Positions 41,334 through 51,305 of a stretch of 64,000 nucleotides of DNA are shown piece by piece. The notes under the pieces were generated by a model. The model ran no database searches, was not told where the DNA came from, and was given only the letters and a program-made list of their open reading frames with translations. The stretch lies in the NCBI GenBank assembly GCA_050287845.1, contig JBNKCR010000013.1:32001-96000 (forward strand), given 5' to 3'. Source of the DNA: Polyangia bacterium. GTDB taxonomy: Bacteria; Myxococcota_A; Polyangia; JAAYKL01. The position numbers and the translations under genes were made by a program. The number at the start of each line of letters is the position of its first letter. The first letter of the stretch is position 1.

Positions 41334-42347
41334 ATGGAAAGTATATCGATTGTAGTACCCATTTTTAACGAAGCAGAGAACCTGGTTCAACTGCACGAGG
41401 AAATAAAGGCTGTCTGTGAAGAGCAGGAATACGATTACGAAATTATTTTCGTGGATGACGGTTCAACAGACAATAGCTGCGAGTTGGCAAAAAAGCTGAT
41501 TCCGCTGAAATACATTCAGTTGCGTCGAAACTTCGGACAGACCGCTGCCATGGATAGCGGCATTAAAGCAGCCCGAAAAGAATTCATCATCACGATGGAT
41601 GGCGACCGCCAGAACGACCCGACTGATATTCCCGGACTGATTGCGCATCTCCGGAAAAATAAACTGGATGTGGTGTCGGGATGGCGGAACAAGAGAAAAG
41701 ATACTTTTTCGAAGAAATTCTTTTCGCGGGGTGCCTGGTTGCTCCGTCGTATCATCGTGGGAGACGATATTCACGACTCCGGCTGTTCCCTTAAAATCTA
41801 TCGGAGGGAGTGTTTCAACCACCTCACCCTTTACGGAGAAATGCATCGATTCATCCCCGCAGTCCTGAAAATACAGGGGTTCAAACTGGGAGAAATTCCG
41901 GTAAATCATCGTGCGCGAACGGCAGGGGTGACCAAGTACAACTGGCGGCGGGCATTCAAGGGGTTTGTGGATATGGTCGCTGTCTGGTTCTGGAACCGGT
42001 ACTCGGTCAGACCTCTCCACCTGCTGGGTACCATGGGAATCCTGTTGCTGTTTGCCGGAATCGTTTTCAGCGGCTGGACCGTCTGGGAGTATTTTCATGG
42101 CCAAAGTCTCTCGGACACTGTGTTGCCATTGCTCTCTGCGCTGTTTCTGCTTTCCGGCCTTCAGGTTTTTCTTTTCGGTATCCTGGGAGACATGCTGAGC
42201 AAGACGTATTTCGAAAGTGGTCAGAGCTCGTCCTATTCCGTGAAACAGACTTTCGAGAACACTGATGGAAAGTCGTTGACGCCGTCCACACCGCCCATGA
42301 ATCTGCCGAGACCTTCAAACCTGCCGAGACCTTCCACTGCAAAATGA
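41334..42347 (+). CDS. GT2 polyprenol-phosphate glycosyltransferase (DPM1/ArnC-like)
   Basis: SIVVPIFNE, VDDGSTD, RNFGQTAA, MDGDRQNDP, HRFIP, two C-terminal TMs. Confidence 0.92.
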   Translation: MESISIVVPIFNEAENLVQLHEEIKAVCEEQEYDYEIIFVDDGSTDNSCELAKKLIPLKYIQLRRNFGQTAAMDSGIKAARKEFIITMDGDRQNDPTDIPGLIAHLRKNKLDVVSGWRNKRKDTFSKKFFSRGAWLLRRIIVGDDIHDSGCSLKIYRRECFNHLTLYGEMHRFIPAVLKIQGFKLGEIPVNHRARTAGVTKYNWRRAFKGFVDMVAVWFWNRYSVRPLHLLGTMGILLLFAGIVFSGWTVWEYFHGQSLSDTVLPLLSALFLLSGLQVFLFGILGDMLSKTYFESGQSSSYSVKQTFENTDGKSLTPSTPPMNLPRPSNLPRPSTAK

Positions 42348-42365
42348 ATTGCTGATTCCCAAAAA

Positions 42366-42797
42366 ATGACCATTGAAAAACTCTCAACAGTGTTTCGGAA
42401 AAAGCTGGCAAAGCACAAAACAACACTGCCCAAATTTCTGTTCATTGGCGTCTTAAAAACGTTTTCGGCGATATTGCTCAACGGGCTGTTCATTGACATT
42501 CTCAAACTCCCTGCCCTCATTGGCTCCAGCATCGCATATATCCTTGTATTTATTGGTACATATATCGCGTATGTGAAATCGGGCACCATCCACAAAGGTT
42601 TCATCAGGTACACGATTGTGGTGGCCGCCTTCAATGGACTGGCCGTCGCCATGGTCACTCTTCTGGTGAAATATTGTGGGCTCACCGGATTTTTGAGTTC
42701 TTCAATCACCACCGCCGCGCTCGTGCTTCTGCGCTATCTCGTGCTGCACAGATTCGGGATTATCAACACCAGGGAAAAACCACCTGAAGCCAGGTAA
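42366..42797 (+). CDS. GtrA-like small 4-TM flippase
   Basis: PKFLFIG start, four hydrophobic helices, FIRY motif; follows GT2. Confidence 0.6.
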   Translation: MTIEKLSTVFRKKLAKHKTTLPKFLFIGVLKTFSAILLNGLFIDILKLPALIGSSIAYILVFIGTYIAYVKSGTIHKGFIRYTIVVAAFNGLAVAMVTLLVKYCGLTGFLSSSITTAALVLLRYLVLHRFGIINTREKPPEAR

Positions 42798-42868
42798 TAA
42801 TACCGCAGCAAGTCATCACATTACAAAAGCATTACAGAATGATGGGGCAGGATCGAACCGGGGTGAAA

Positions 42869-44584
42869 TTAATCCGCGTAAATGGTTTTATCCCTTGCCG
42901 CGATTTTAGCGGTTCTGAGAAACAGTTCAGCCATTTGCTGACGAATCACATCAGATCCTTCCGCGTAGAGACTGCGCAACCCGCCATCGTCAAAAATATC
43001 AAACGGTGCCATTACATAAAATGTCCCTTTGCCTACCGGTTTACTCGAAATTAAATCTATCAGAATTTCCGGTCGCTCCCACTGCTCATCTTCGATGTGC
43101 TGCGACCCCCAGGACAGCTGCACCACCGGATCAAGTCCTTCCACTTTCACCCCATGCATCCGATTGTTCACAAACACGCGATAAATACCTTCGGTCCACT
43201 CTTTCGAACCGTGAACCTCCATGGGCTGCGTTCCCCTGAAATCAAACCGGTCCCCCAGATAGAGTTTAAATCCGAAGTGTTCCTGTAACTGTTCGGCCAC
43301 TTCTGAAGAAATGGAATTCAGCGTTGCCAACCACACCACTGATTTTCCCGTTTTAAGGGCATCATCCAGCGTCCTCAAATCTTTTTTGGAAAACTTCCGC
43401 CGCGGCGCCCCCAGAAAAATCACATCGTCTCCGGCTCTCAACCGCTTCGACGTCCATGGGCGAAGCTGAGGTTCCTTTGATAAAAAGCCATATGCCGTCC
43501 GGTAACTGCCCCTATCCTCTTTTTTATGAAGTTCCAGCTCGCTTCTTGCCCCGGTATAGATCAGGAAATCAACCCCATCCGGATACTCGAAATCCACCAG
43601 TGCCTTCTGATCTTCGGCTTTCGCCAACCATCTGATGGCATTCATGGCGAAGCGATGATGGTCATTCCGATACAGGGAAGTATTCGTGAGCGCATTGTGG
43701 TCGCCAATCACCACCACGCGTCCCTTCCCGAATTCAAACGCTGCCACGCCGGCCAGTGGGCCTTCCAGCTCGCCGTCATCCTTCTTCTTGTTCCCATTGT
43801 GAACAATCCCCTTTTCGGGACGGTAGTAATCGGACCAGGAACCTTTGGCCGATGAAAACAACACGCCAAATTCCGTATCGAGTGAGCAGCCGTTATAAAA
43901 AGAATAATCTCTGACGCCCTCAATCACCGGATGCGGCTTTTTCGGGTCCGGATGAAGGGTGGTCCACGACGGGGAACTGCGATGGGAATTCTCTGTGTCA
44001 CAGATGCCATCAAACCGGGCTTTCACTGGCATTTCTTCAGTGATCAGATTAAATATGTCGCCCATGAAATGCGCATTCGTATGTTCCACCGTAATAAACA
44101 GTCCGCCGCCATTTCTCACCCACTCCACCAGCGCTGCCCGTTCTCCGGTCGTCATGAAACGGGCGTGATAGGTCTGTTCCCCGACAATGAACACATTGTA
44201 GGGTGCCAGAGACTCGGCGTCAAAGCAGGCATATGTTTCGGTATGCAGCTGATACCCCGCGGTCCGTATGGCATCCATGAACCGATACCACCCCGAAACC
44301 GTATGATAGTCTGTTCGATATCGCCGATTGTCCCTATCAAAAAGATGTCGCGCACCGTGCACCCCGTCGTAGTAGACGCGAATCTCATTCGTGGGCGTCG
44401 GCTTTGGCTCAGGAGTCCCATCCTTCTTCACAACGTTGGCCCGATGAACGGGGTGATCACTCGTAATCGGGGGACATTCGCCATTGCCACATGCCAAAGA
44501 GAGGAACGCACACCATGAAACGACAAGGACAGTCATTGTCCGCTGAAGCAGCCGGGGGACAGAATATTGTTTGGGCATCTGCAT
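42869..44584 (-). CDS. Lipoprotein with class I glutamine-amidotransferase-like (DUF4350-like) fold
   Basis: Lipobox SLAC, ALVEWVRNGGGLFI, FGKGRVVVIGD, FAMNAIRWLA. Confidence 0.55.
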   Translation of the reverse strand: MQMPKQYSVPRLLQRTMTVLVVSWCAFLSLACGNGECPPITSDHPVHRANVVKKDGTPEPKPTPTNEIRVYYDGVHGARHLFDRDNRRYRTDYHTVSGWYRFMDAIRTAGYQLHTETYACFDAESLAPYNVFIVGEQTYHARFMTTGERAALVEWVRNGGGLFITVEHTNAHFMGDIFNLITEEMPVKARFDGICDTENSHRSSPSWTTLHPDPKKPHPVIEGVRDYSFYNGCSLDTEFGVLFSSAKGSWSDYYRPEKGIVHNGNKKKDDGELEGPLAGVAAFEFGKGRVVVIGDHNALTNTSLYRNDHHRFAMNAIRWLAKAEDQKALVDFEYPDGVDFLIYTGARSELELHKKEDRGSYRTAYGFLSKEPQLRPWTSKRLRAGDDVIFLGAPRRKFSKKDLRTLDDALKTGKSVVWLATLNSISSEVAEQLQEHFGFKLYLGDRFDFRGTQPMEVHGSKEWTEGIYRVFVNNRMHGVKVEGLDPVVQLSWGSQHIEDEQWERPEILIDLISSKPVGKGTFYVMAPFDIFDDGGLRSLYAEGSDVIRQQMAELFLRTAKIAARDKTIYAD

Positions 44585-44803
44585 TTTTTAATCCTTCCTT
44601 CATAAACAAGAAGTTCCGATAGAAATTGCGCCATCCAGAAAATTTCATTCATGAAATGCCCGCTACTCTAGTACTAAAAAGCCAAAAGTCTCAATGGAAA
44701 ATTTACATAATCAATTATTTGGTTTACCCCGAAAGAAAGATGCCTGTGGGGCCATGAGAGTATCGCTTCCGCGCCGTGTTTTTCCGATGCGTACGCATCT
44801 CAC

Positions 44804-45442
44804 TTACTGTGTTTTTTGAGCAATCACATACGCGCGGCGACTCGCATATTCCACGTCGGGATAGGGTTCCCGCTCAATGACTGCCATTTCAATGAAACCG
44901 ACGGCCTGAAGCTGCGCAACAATTTCTTCCGATGGAAAGAGATAAAAATCAACATCGACAGTTTCACCCATAAATTCCGTGAGGTGAATGCGTTCATTTC
45001 CCACATGAAAAGTGAGCAGGAAAAGTCCGCTACCATTCAACGCGCGATACGCTTGACGAAACGCCCGCCGAATCTGCTCGCCAGTAAAATGCACAATACC
45101 GTAAAAACAGGCGATGCCGTCCAGCGCTCCATCACCGAACGGCAACGCCATCATATCGCCCCGAACGAATGGGATATCCGGAAAGCGCTGTTTCGCCTCC
45201 GCAACCAGATTGCGAGAAAGATCCAGGCCTGCGACAGTCACATTCAAATCCGCCAGGTATCCCGATGTATTGCCGGGACCGCAGCCAATATCCACTACCC
45301 GCCCCCTGTTTTGAAGCTGTGCTGCAAACAGGTGGAGCATCTCCCGATCCTTCCGCTTCCGCGCGTGCTCGTCGGCAAATGCGGCGGTCCACTTCCGGGC
45401 AATCCGATCATACGATGTTTCGATATTTTTCAGGGACGTCAT
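44804..45442 (-). CDS. Class I SAM-dependent methyltransferase
   Basis: VVDIGCGPG, GLDLS, GDM..LPF, FYGIVH. Confidence 0.9.
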   Translation of the reverse strand: MTSLKNIETSYDRIARKWTAAFADEHARKRKDREMLHLFAAQLQNRGRVVDIGCGPGNTSGYLADLNVTVAGLDLSRNLVAEAKQRFPDIPFVRGDMMALPFGDGALDGIACFYGIVHFTGEQIRRAFRQAYRALNGSGLFLLTFHVGNERIHLTEFMGETVDVDFYLFPSEEIVAQLQAVGFIEMAVIEREPYPDVEYASRRAYVIAQKTQ

Positions 45443-45651
45443 TTTCTTCTACCTTTGTGTCTGATCAGAACGCACATTTCGTCGTCAAGCAATTACGCAC
45501 TTGAAATTATACAGCGATCCCCGGCAATACCCAGAGCGATACCCGCTATCGGATATTATCGCACAAATCCATGGCCCCGTATGCAGAATACCTGGCCTCC
45601 GAGTCCCCCCCCGGAAACCACCCGGCCCTGCGCAACAACCATACTGAGAGG

Positions 45652-45680
45652 TTGACCAAAGGAATCTTCCCCCTTAAACT
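45652..45680 (+). promoter_or_regulatory. Sigma70-type promoter, likely leaderless transcript
   Basis: TTGACC-17-TAAACT, 6 nt before ATG 45687; no SD. Confidence 0.6.
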
Positions 45681-45686
45681 CCCGCC

Positions 45687-46697
45687 ATGTTTACGCCGAT
45701 TCATCGAATTACTTACATACTTCGTTTATTTGTCATCCCACTCCTCTTTGCCGGATGCAAAGGCGCCAGCGAACCGTCATCTTCCAGTAAAAATGGAGAT
45801 GAATACCTGAAATGCGCCGGTGCCGGTGCAGACAGCCTCGTCGAAAAAATCAACCTGCCCCCGCTCACCCTGGTGCGCGATGGACAGGACCTGAAAATCA
45901 GCGGACTTCCCAGTTCCATTGTCAGCATCGGACTATTGGCGGGAATTCACGAAATCACAACGGAGTCCGATCGAAACCTCCGTTTTTTCTTCAACCAGTT
46001 CAAGGCTGCCAAAGTGCAGGCCATCGTTGTTGTCGGCGGTGTCGGTAAAACACAGCAGCAGATGACAAAAATCTTTGAGTTGCTTGGCAGTGCGCCTGTG
46101 CCTGTTCTCATTACTCCCGGCGCCCAGGAAAGTTATGGGGCACTGAAAGCGGTGTTCAAAAAATCCCACAAAAAATATCCCCACCTCATCGACCTTACCC
46201 AGGTGCGCCGCGTGATGATGAATCAGGTAAATTTCATCAGCTTACCCGGATACTACAATCCGTTCTATCTGGAAGCCCGCTCTCAGGGTTGCTCGTATGA
46301 GCAATCGGACCTGGACCAATTGAAAAGCCTCGTCATCGACGACAAAGCCAATGTCCTTCTCTCAGCAACCCCGCCAAAGGGAACCCATCCGTCCGCACCG
46401 GATGCCGGTCGCGGGAATGTCCATATTGGAGACCCGGCCCTGGCACAGACACTGGCGGATTCCAATATTAAATTCGGGCTGTTCGGGCATGTGTATGAAG
46501 CTGGCGGATATGCGGTTTCAAAAAGCAAGCCCCATGCGCTTGCCGCAGGAATCTGGCAGCCTTCCATGTATCTGCAGGCGGGCAGCGCCGATGCCTTGCC
46601 CGTCGGATTAACCAATGGTGGCAGAGTTGCCGGAATGGCACATATCGTGGATTTTTCCGGTCACCGGGCGAGGTTCAAACAAATCGTTGCTCGATAA
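45687..46697 (+). CDS. Metallophosphoesterase-fold lipoprotein with degenerate active site
   Basis: Lipobox FAGC; motif order LAGIHE, VVGGVG, TPGAQE, SATPP, FGHVYE. Confidence 0.6.
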   Translation: MFTPIHRITYILRLFVIPLLFAGCKGASEPSSSSKNGDEYLKCAGAGADSLVEKINLPPLTLVRDGQDLKISGLPSSIVSIGLLAGIHEITTESDRNLRFFFNQFKAAKVQAIVVVGGVGKTQQQMTKIFELLGSAPVPVLITPGAQESYGALKAVFKKSHKKYPHLIDLTQVRRVMMNQVNFISLPGYYNPFYLEARSQGCSYEQSDLDQLKSLVIDDKANVLLSATPPKGTHPSAPDAGRGNVHIGDPALAQTLADSNIKFGLFGHVYEAGGYAVSKSKPHALAAGIWQPSMYLQAGSADALPVGLTNGGRVAGMAHIVDFSGHRARFKQIVAR

Positions 46698-46835
46698 TCC
46701 ACGAATCAGGATACCGCCCAATGGCCCTTTACAAAATCTATGACAAAATACATATTCAATTCGGGTCGACAACGGTAACGGAATTGGTTAATCATCCGCT
46801 CAACAAGTTGTATTGCGGTGAAGGAGGATTTTAAC

Positions 46836-48857
46836 GTGCCTGTAAATTGTAAAATGTGCGGAGCATCCAATGCAGACGGTATTCAGTACTGCTCAGCTTG
46901 CGGGACACCACTCAAGGATGTCCCGATGGCAGCAGCATCACCGGTAAAATCTCCCGTAAAATCGCCATCGGTTGAAAGCAAAACCATGCTGTTCAATAAG
47001 GCACCGAACGCGCCAACCGCAGCCCCCGCAGATGCAAAATCAAAGACGTCCACTTCTCAAAAAACGATGCTTGGCGCCCCCGCGGTGCAATTGCCGAATC
47101 AGAAGCCTGTTCCATCGGGCCAGGCACCTGTTGCCCAGCCCAAAAAGACAGCACCGGCTCCGGTGGTGAACCTGGCGCCCCCCAAAGCGACAACCCAACC
47201 CGCTCCTGCAGCTGGAGGCCGAGCCAAAACCGTTCTCGGACTCCCCACTGCCAGCCCTGCAGATGTTGCCGCCGCCGTTGAAGCCGCAAAAAACAAACCG
47301 GCACCCGCGTCTGCGACTGCTCCTGCGAACGCGCAGTCACAACCCCAGACCTCGAACGCAGCGCAACCGACCGGAAATATTCAACGCACCATGTTGCAAC
47401 CACCGCCGGAGAAGTCCGTCCAGACACAACTGACCGCGCCAGTCGAAGCATCGCCACCGGCAGCCGCGCCCACGGCGGCAGCATCGGGAAAAGCCGCAGC
47501 AGCAGGATCCAATGCGTCCGAGCCTGTACCATCAGCGCCCGAGCCCAGACCCGGCGTGATGTCCCAGCAATATGCGCCCCAACCGAATCCGGCCGCCATC
47601 GCTGACGATGTCTGGCCCGAGGGAGAACCGCCAACCCATCCGAAATCGAGTATGGGAATTATCATTTCAATCGCAATCGCAGCGGTGATTATTGTTGGTC
47701 TGATTGCATTTATTCTATTCCGGTTTGTTTTTCCGCCCACGACATCATTTGAGCCTCAGATTCTGCCCTCCCATGACGGTGAAACGCTGACCGTGGTGCT
47801 GAGTCTTCCCGATGCGGCGCCCGGAGCGGTGTTGCAGTTTCAAAACCAGAATATCCCCATCGCCGGCGGCAAGGTGCAGTTTCTGATTCAGAAGAAGCAA
47901 ATGGCACTGGGGGCGAATCTGGTTAAAGTGATGCTCGCGGAACCGGGTGCGACGCCAACGGAAATCAGTTTTCCCATCATGTTGCGCCACGTGGCGACCA
48001 ACGATTTCAGCAAGCTGGCGGAATCTCCGCCATCCATCGATGTGAGATTTCAGGTTGCTGCGGGATTTTCCATCAAAGTGAATGGCACCCCATGTCCTCT
48101 GGAAGATGGGGTTTGCACGTTCAACCTCGCAGTCAATGCCACGCAATCGTCCAAAGCCAAAACGCTGCAGTACGCAATTCCATTTGAACTGGTTGACGCA
48201 TCCGGCCGCGCCGACCCGGGGCAGCACATCATCACAGTTCCAGTAACCGCCATCCAGCTTGATCGTCCGGCCGAAGGAGCGATCGTGGCAACGCCGAAAG
48301 TGACCGTGGCGGGAAGCGCTGTACCTGGCACCGTTCTCACCATTGACGGCATCCGAGTCACTGCTGGAGATGCGGGATTTTCGACATCGGTCCCACTGAA
48401 GACCGTTGGCGTCAATGAGATTAAACTGAAAGCTGTGGCGCCGGATTCAGCACCCAATATCCGGGATCTGAAAGTGACTCGCGTCACCACACTGAAACCC
48501 TATGTTGACAAGTGGTCCGCAGACCTGGACGCCAGTTTTAATTTTGCACTACTCTCCCGGGATACAGGCACCCATACCGGAAAGAAAATCCACCTCTCCG
48601 GGCGGATTATCAATATCAATACCGCAAGAGGTGTGACCGCATTTCTCATGTATGTAGATCAGGGCTGTCCCCAGGGCGGACAATGTGGCGTATATGTTGC
48701 GTTCCGCGGTGAAACCGATGCAGGACTCCAGTCGATGGTCGATGTCTACGGGACGGTCAGAGGCACGCAGGACGTCGATTTCGCTGGCGGCACCAGTAAA
48801 ACACTCCCGGCAATCGATGCCGCCTATGTGGTCCCGGTTGAATCCAGAACCAAATAA
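46836..48857 (+). CDS. Zinc-ribbon, Pro/Ala-rich, single-TM protein with extracytoplasmic beta domains
   Basis: CKMCG...YCSACG, low-complexity linker, TM IIISIAIAAVIIVGLIAFILF; GTG 46836 after AAGGAGG. Confidence 0.7.
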   Translation: MPVNCKMCGASNADGIQYCSACGTPLKDVPMAAASPVKSPVKSPSVESKTMLFNKAPNAPTAAPADAKSKTSTSQKTMLGAPAVQLPNQKPVPSGQAPVAQPKKTAPAPVVNLAPPKATTQPAPAAGGRAKTVLGLPTASPADVAAAVEAAKNKPAPASATAPANAQSQPQTSNAAQPTGNIQRTMLQPPPEKSVQTQLTAPVEASPPAAAPTAAASGKAAAAGSNASEPVPSAPEPRPGVMSQQYAPQPNPAAIADDVWPEGEPPTHPKSSMGIIISIAIAAVIIVGLIAFILFRFVFPPTTSFEPQILPSHDGETLTVVLSLPDAAPGAVLQFQNQNIPIAGGKVQFLIQKKQMALGANLVKVMLAEPGATPTEISFPIMLRHVATNDFSKLAESPPSIDVRFQVAAGFSIKVNGTPCPLEDGVCTFNLAVNATQSSKAKTLQYAIPFELVDASGRADPGQHIITVPVTAIQLDRPAEGAIVATPKVTVAGSAVPGTVLTIDGIRVTAGDAGFSTSVPLKTVGVNEIKLKAVAPDSAPNIRDLKVTRVTTLKPYVDKWSADLDASFNFALLSRDTGTHTGKKIHLSGRIININTARGVTAFLMYVDQGCPQGGQCGVYVAFRGETDAGLQSMVDVYGTVRGTQDVDFAGGTSKTLPAIDAAYVVPVESRTK

Positions 48858-48887
48858 CCCGAACACAGTATCCCCCTGACAAACAGA

Positions 48888-49943
48888 ATGAAAACAGATC
48901 TATTCGACTACGAACTTCCAGAATCCCTCATTGCATACTACCCTCCAGAGAAACGGGATGGCGGCAAACTGCTTGTGGCATCCACTTCAACGAGACAACT
49001 GCAACACAAAAACATCTGTGACCTGCCGAATCTGCTGCCGGAGAACTGTCTGCTCATCGCCAACGACAGCAAAGTGATTCCGGCAAGACTGTTTGCCAGA
49101 CGCCCTTCCAGTGGCGCGGTGGAGGTACTTCTGGTGCGACTGGAAGAATCCGGAGACACCTGGTGCGCATGGAGTACATTGTGCAAGGCAAACAAGCCCA
49201 TTCGAGTGGGCGATACCATCTGTTTTGGAGACCTGGCCGTTGCCACAGTCACCCATGCCGGAGAAATGGGTCATCGAACCCTTCGCATCGATATGGCGGC
49301 AGATGCCTTTCGGGAATATGTGTTGCAACACGGTGTCATTCCACTGCCGCCATATATCAGAAGAGCGGCGTCGGAAAGTGACCGGGAGCGGTATCAGACG
49401 GTGTTTGCCAGATACGAGGGTTCGGTCGCTGCGCCCACTGCCGGACTGCACCTCTCCGATGAACTCATTCAACAGATTCGCCGCCGGGGATGCGAACTGG
49501 CATTTGTAACGCTGCATGTGGGCCCCGGAACGTTTCGTCCCATTACGGCCGGCAGTACCGACGACCATCGCATGGATATGGAACACTACACCATCACAGA
49601 CGAAACCGCGGAGAAAATCAATAGCGCCAGGCAGGCGGGAAGACCCATCATCGCTGTGGGCACAACGACCGTCCGAACCCTGGAGGGAAATGCGGCGGTC
49701 AACGACGGCCATGTGGTTTCCGGCAATGGTACCACAGATATTTTTATTTCTCCGCCATATGATTTTCGCATCGTGAATGGACTCCTGACCAATTTTCATC
49801 TGCCCAAATCCACCCTGCTCTGCCTGGTCTCTGCCCTTTCCGAACGCACGTTCATCCTCGATGCCTATAACGAGGCAGTAAAAAATGAATACCGCTTTTA
49901 CAGCTACGGCGATGCCATGCTGATTCTGCCGGAGCAACCATGA
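48888..49943 (+). CDS. queA: SAM:tRNA ribosyltransferase-isomerase
   Basis: FDYELPESLIA, PLPPYI, YQTVFA, AAPTAGLH, LHVGPGTF, TNFHLPKST, YRFYSYGDAM. Confidence 0.98.
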   Translation: MKTDLFDYELPESLIAYYPPEKRDGGKLLVASTSTRQLQHKNICDLPNLLPENCLLIANDSKVIPARLFARRPSSGAVEVLLVRLEESGDTWCAWSTLCKANKPIRVGDTICFGDLAVATVTHAGEMGHRTLRIDMAADAFREYVLQHGVIPLPPYIRRAASESDRERYQTVFARYEGSVAAPTAGLHLSDELIQQIRRRGCELAFVTLHVGPGTFRPITAGSTDDHRMDMEHYTITDETAEKINSARQAGRPIIAVGTTTVRTLEGNAAVNDGHVVSGNGTTDIFISPPYDFRIVNGLLTNFHLPKSTLLCLVSALSERTFILDAYNEAVKNEYRFYSYGDAMLILPEQP

Positions 49944-51049
49944 CCCGGGGATTCAGCTTTCATATCGACCGTACCGACGGCCGGGCGCGAACCGGCATCA
50001 TTGTCACCCCTCATGGGAGCATTCCCACCCCGGCCTTTATGCCGGTAGGGACCCGGGCGTCCGTCAAGGCCCTCTCCCCGGCAGAGATTTCTGGCAGCGG
50101 TGCGTCTATCCTGCTTGGCAATACCTACCATCTGATGCTGCGCCCCGGCGAGGGACTGATTGCCAGGGCAGGGGGATTGGCCCGGTTCATGGCCTGGCAC
50201 AAACCAACCCTCACTGATTCCGGTGGATTTCAGGTATTCAGCCTGAGCGACAGAGTGAAAATCTCCGACAACGGAGTGGTCTTCGCATCGCATGTTGATG
50301 GCAGCCGCATCGAACTATCCCCGGAACGCGCCGTCCAGGTTCAGGGAAAACTGGGATCCGACATCGCCATGATTCTCGACGAATGTCCCCCCGGCGATGC
50401 ACCGCGAGAAGTAATTGAAAACGCCATGCGCCGCACAACGCTCTGGGCGCAACGTCAAATCAACGTGCCACGTCCGGAAGGACAGGCGCTGTTCGGCATT
50501 GTTCAGGGCAGCATCCACGAAGATCTCCGAAAGCGTCATCTTGAGGAAATTGCCGCCCTTCCCTTCGATGGCATTGCGCTGGGCGGATTATCCGTCGGCG
50601 AACCCATCGCAGATATGTACCGCATTTTCAGGGAAATCGCACCATTGATGCCAGTGGACCGTCCACGGTACGTGATGGGCGTCGGTACACCGGCGGATTT
50701 GCTGGAGGCCATTGAACACGGTGTGGACATGTTTGACTGCGTCATGCCCACGCGAAACGCCCGGAATGGACAGGTGTTTTTAAAAGGGGGCAAAATCAAT
50801 ATCAAGCAGGCGCGTTTTCTGAACGATCCGGCCCCCCTCGAACCCGGATGCGGGTGTCCAACCTGTACCACCTACGAACGCCGATACCTGCGTCACCTGT
50901 TCATGACCAAAGAACTGCTCATCCATCGACTGCTCACCATCCACAACCTGCATCACTACGGCACATTGATGGCGGAGGCCCGCAAAGCGATCACTGGGGG
51001 AACGTTCAACGCATTTAAAAAATCCTGGCTCCAACCAGGGTATATATGA
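49940..51049 (+). CDS. tgt: tRNA-guanine transglycosylase
   Basis: FMPVGT, NTYHL, DSGGFQ, GIVQG, GGLSVGE, DMFDCVMPTR, CGCPTC zinc site. Confidence 0.98.
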   Translation: MTRGFSFHIDRTDGRARTGIIVTPHGSIPTPAFMPVGTRASVKALSPAEISGSGASILLGNTYHLMLRPGEGLIARAGGLARFMAWHKPTLTDSGGFQVFSLSDRVKISDNGVVFASHVDGSRIELSPERAVQVQGKLGSDIAMILDECPPGDAPREVIENAMRRTTLWAQRQINVPRPEGQALFGIVQGSIHEDLRKRHLEEIAALPFDGIALGGLSVGEPIADMYRIFREIAPLMPVDRPRYVMGVGTPADLLEAIEHGVDMFDCVMPTRNARNGQVFLKGGKINIKQARFLNDPAPLEPGCGCPTCTTYERRYLRHLFMTKELLIHRLLTIHNLHHYGTLMAEARKAITGGTFNAFKKSWLQPGYI

Positions 51050-51065
51050 TTCCCCCCAGGGGGGA

Positions 51066-51166
51066 CGAGTTCTGCAGATCCGGGATCGCGGAGCTCCAGC
51101 TCCGCAAATTGTCTGCATGCTGTTAGGCGGAGCCGGAGCTCCGCGATCCCGGATCTGCAGAACTCG
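51066..51166. repeat. Long inverted repeat (40-bp arms, 1 mismatch, 21-nt loop); MITE/REP-like
   Basis: CGAGTTCTGCAGATCCGGGATCGCGGAGCTCCAGCTCCGC (51066-51105) and its complement (51127-51166). Confidence 0.9.
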
Positions 51167-51281
51167 ACTGCCCTGCGACTCCCCCCGGATTCCCTTCACT
51201 CCCCTTCGTTGATCCCCACATTACATGTAAAAACAGCCCCGAATATGTATTCACAGGACTCACATTTCAATACATTAATCA

Positions 51282-51305
51282 AAAAGTCCACCCGGGTGGA
51301 CTTTT
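51282..51305. terminator. 24-bp perfect palindrome; probable bidirectional terminator or operator
   Basis: AAAAGTCCACCCGGGTGGACTTTT between convergent genes. Confidence 0.55.
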
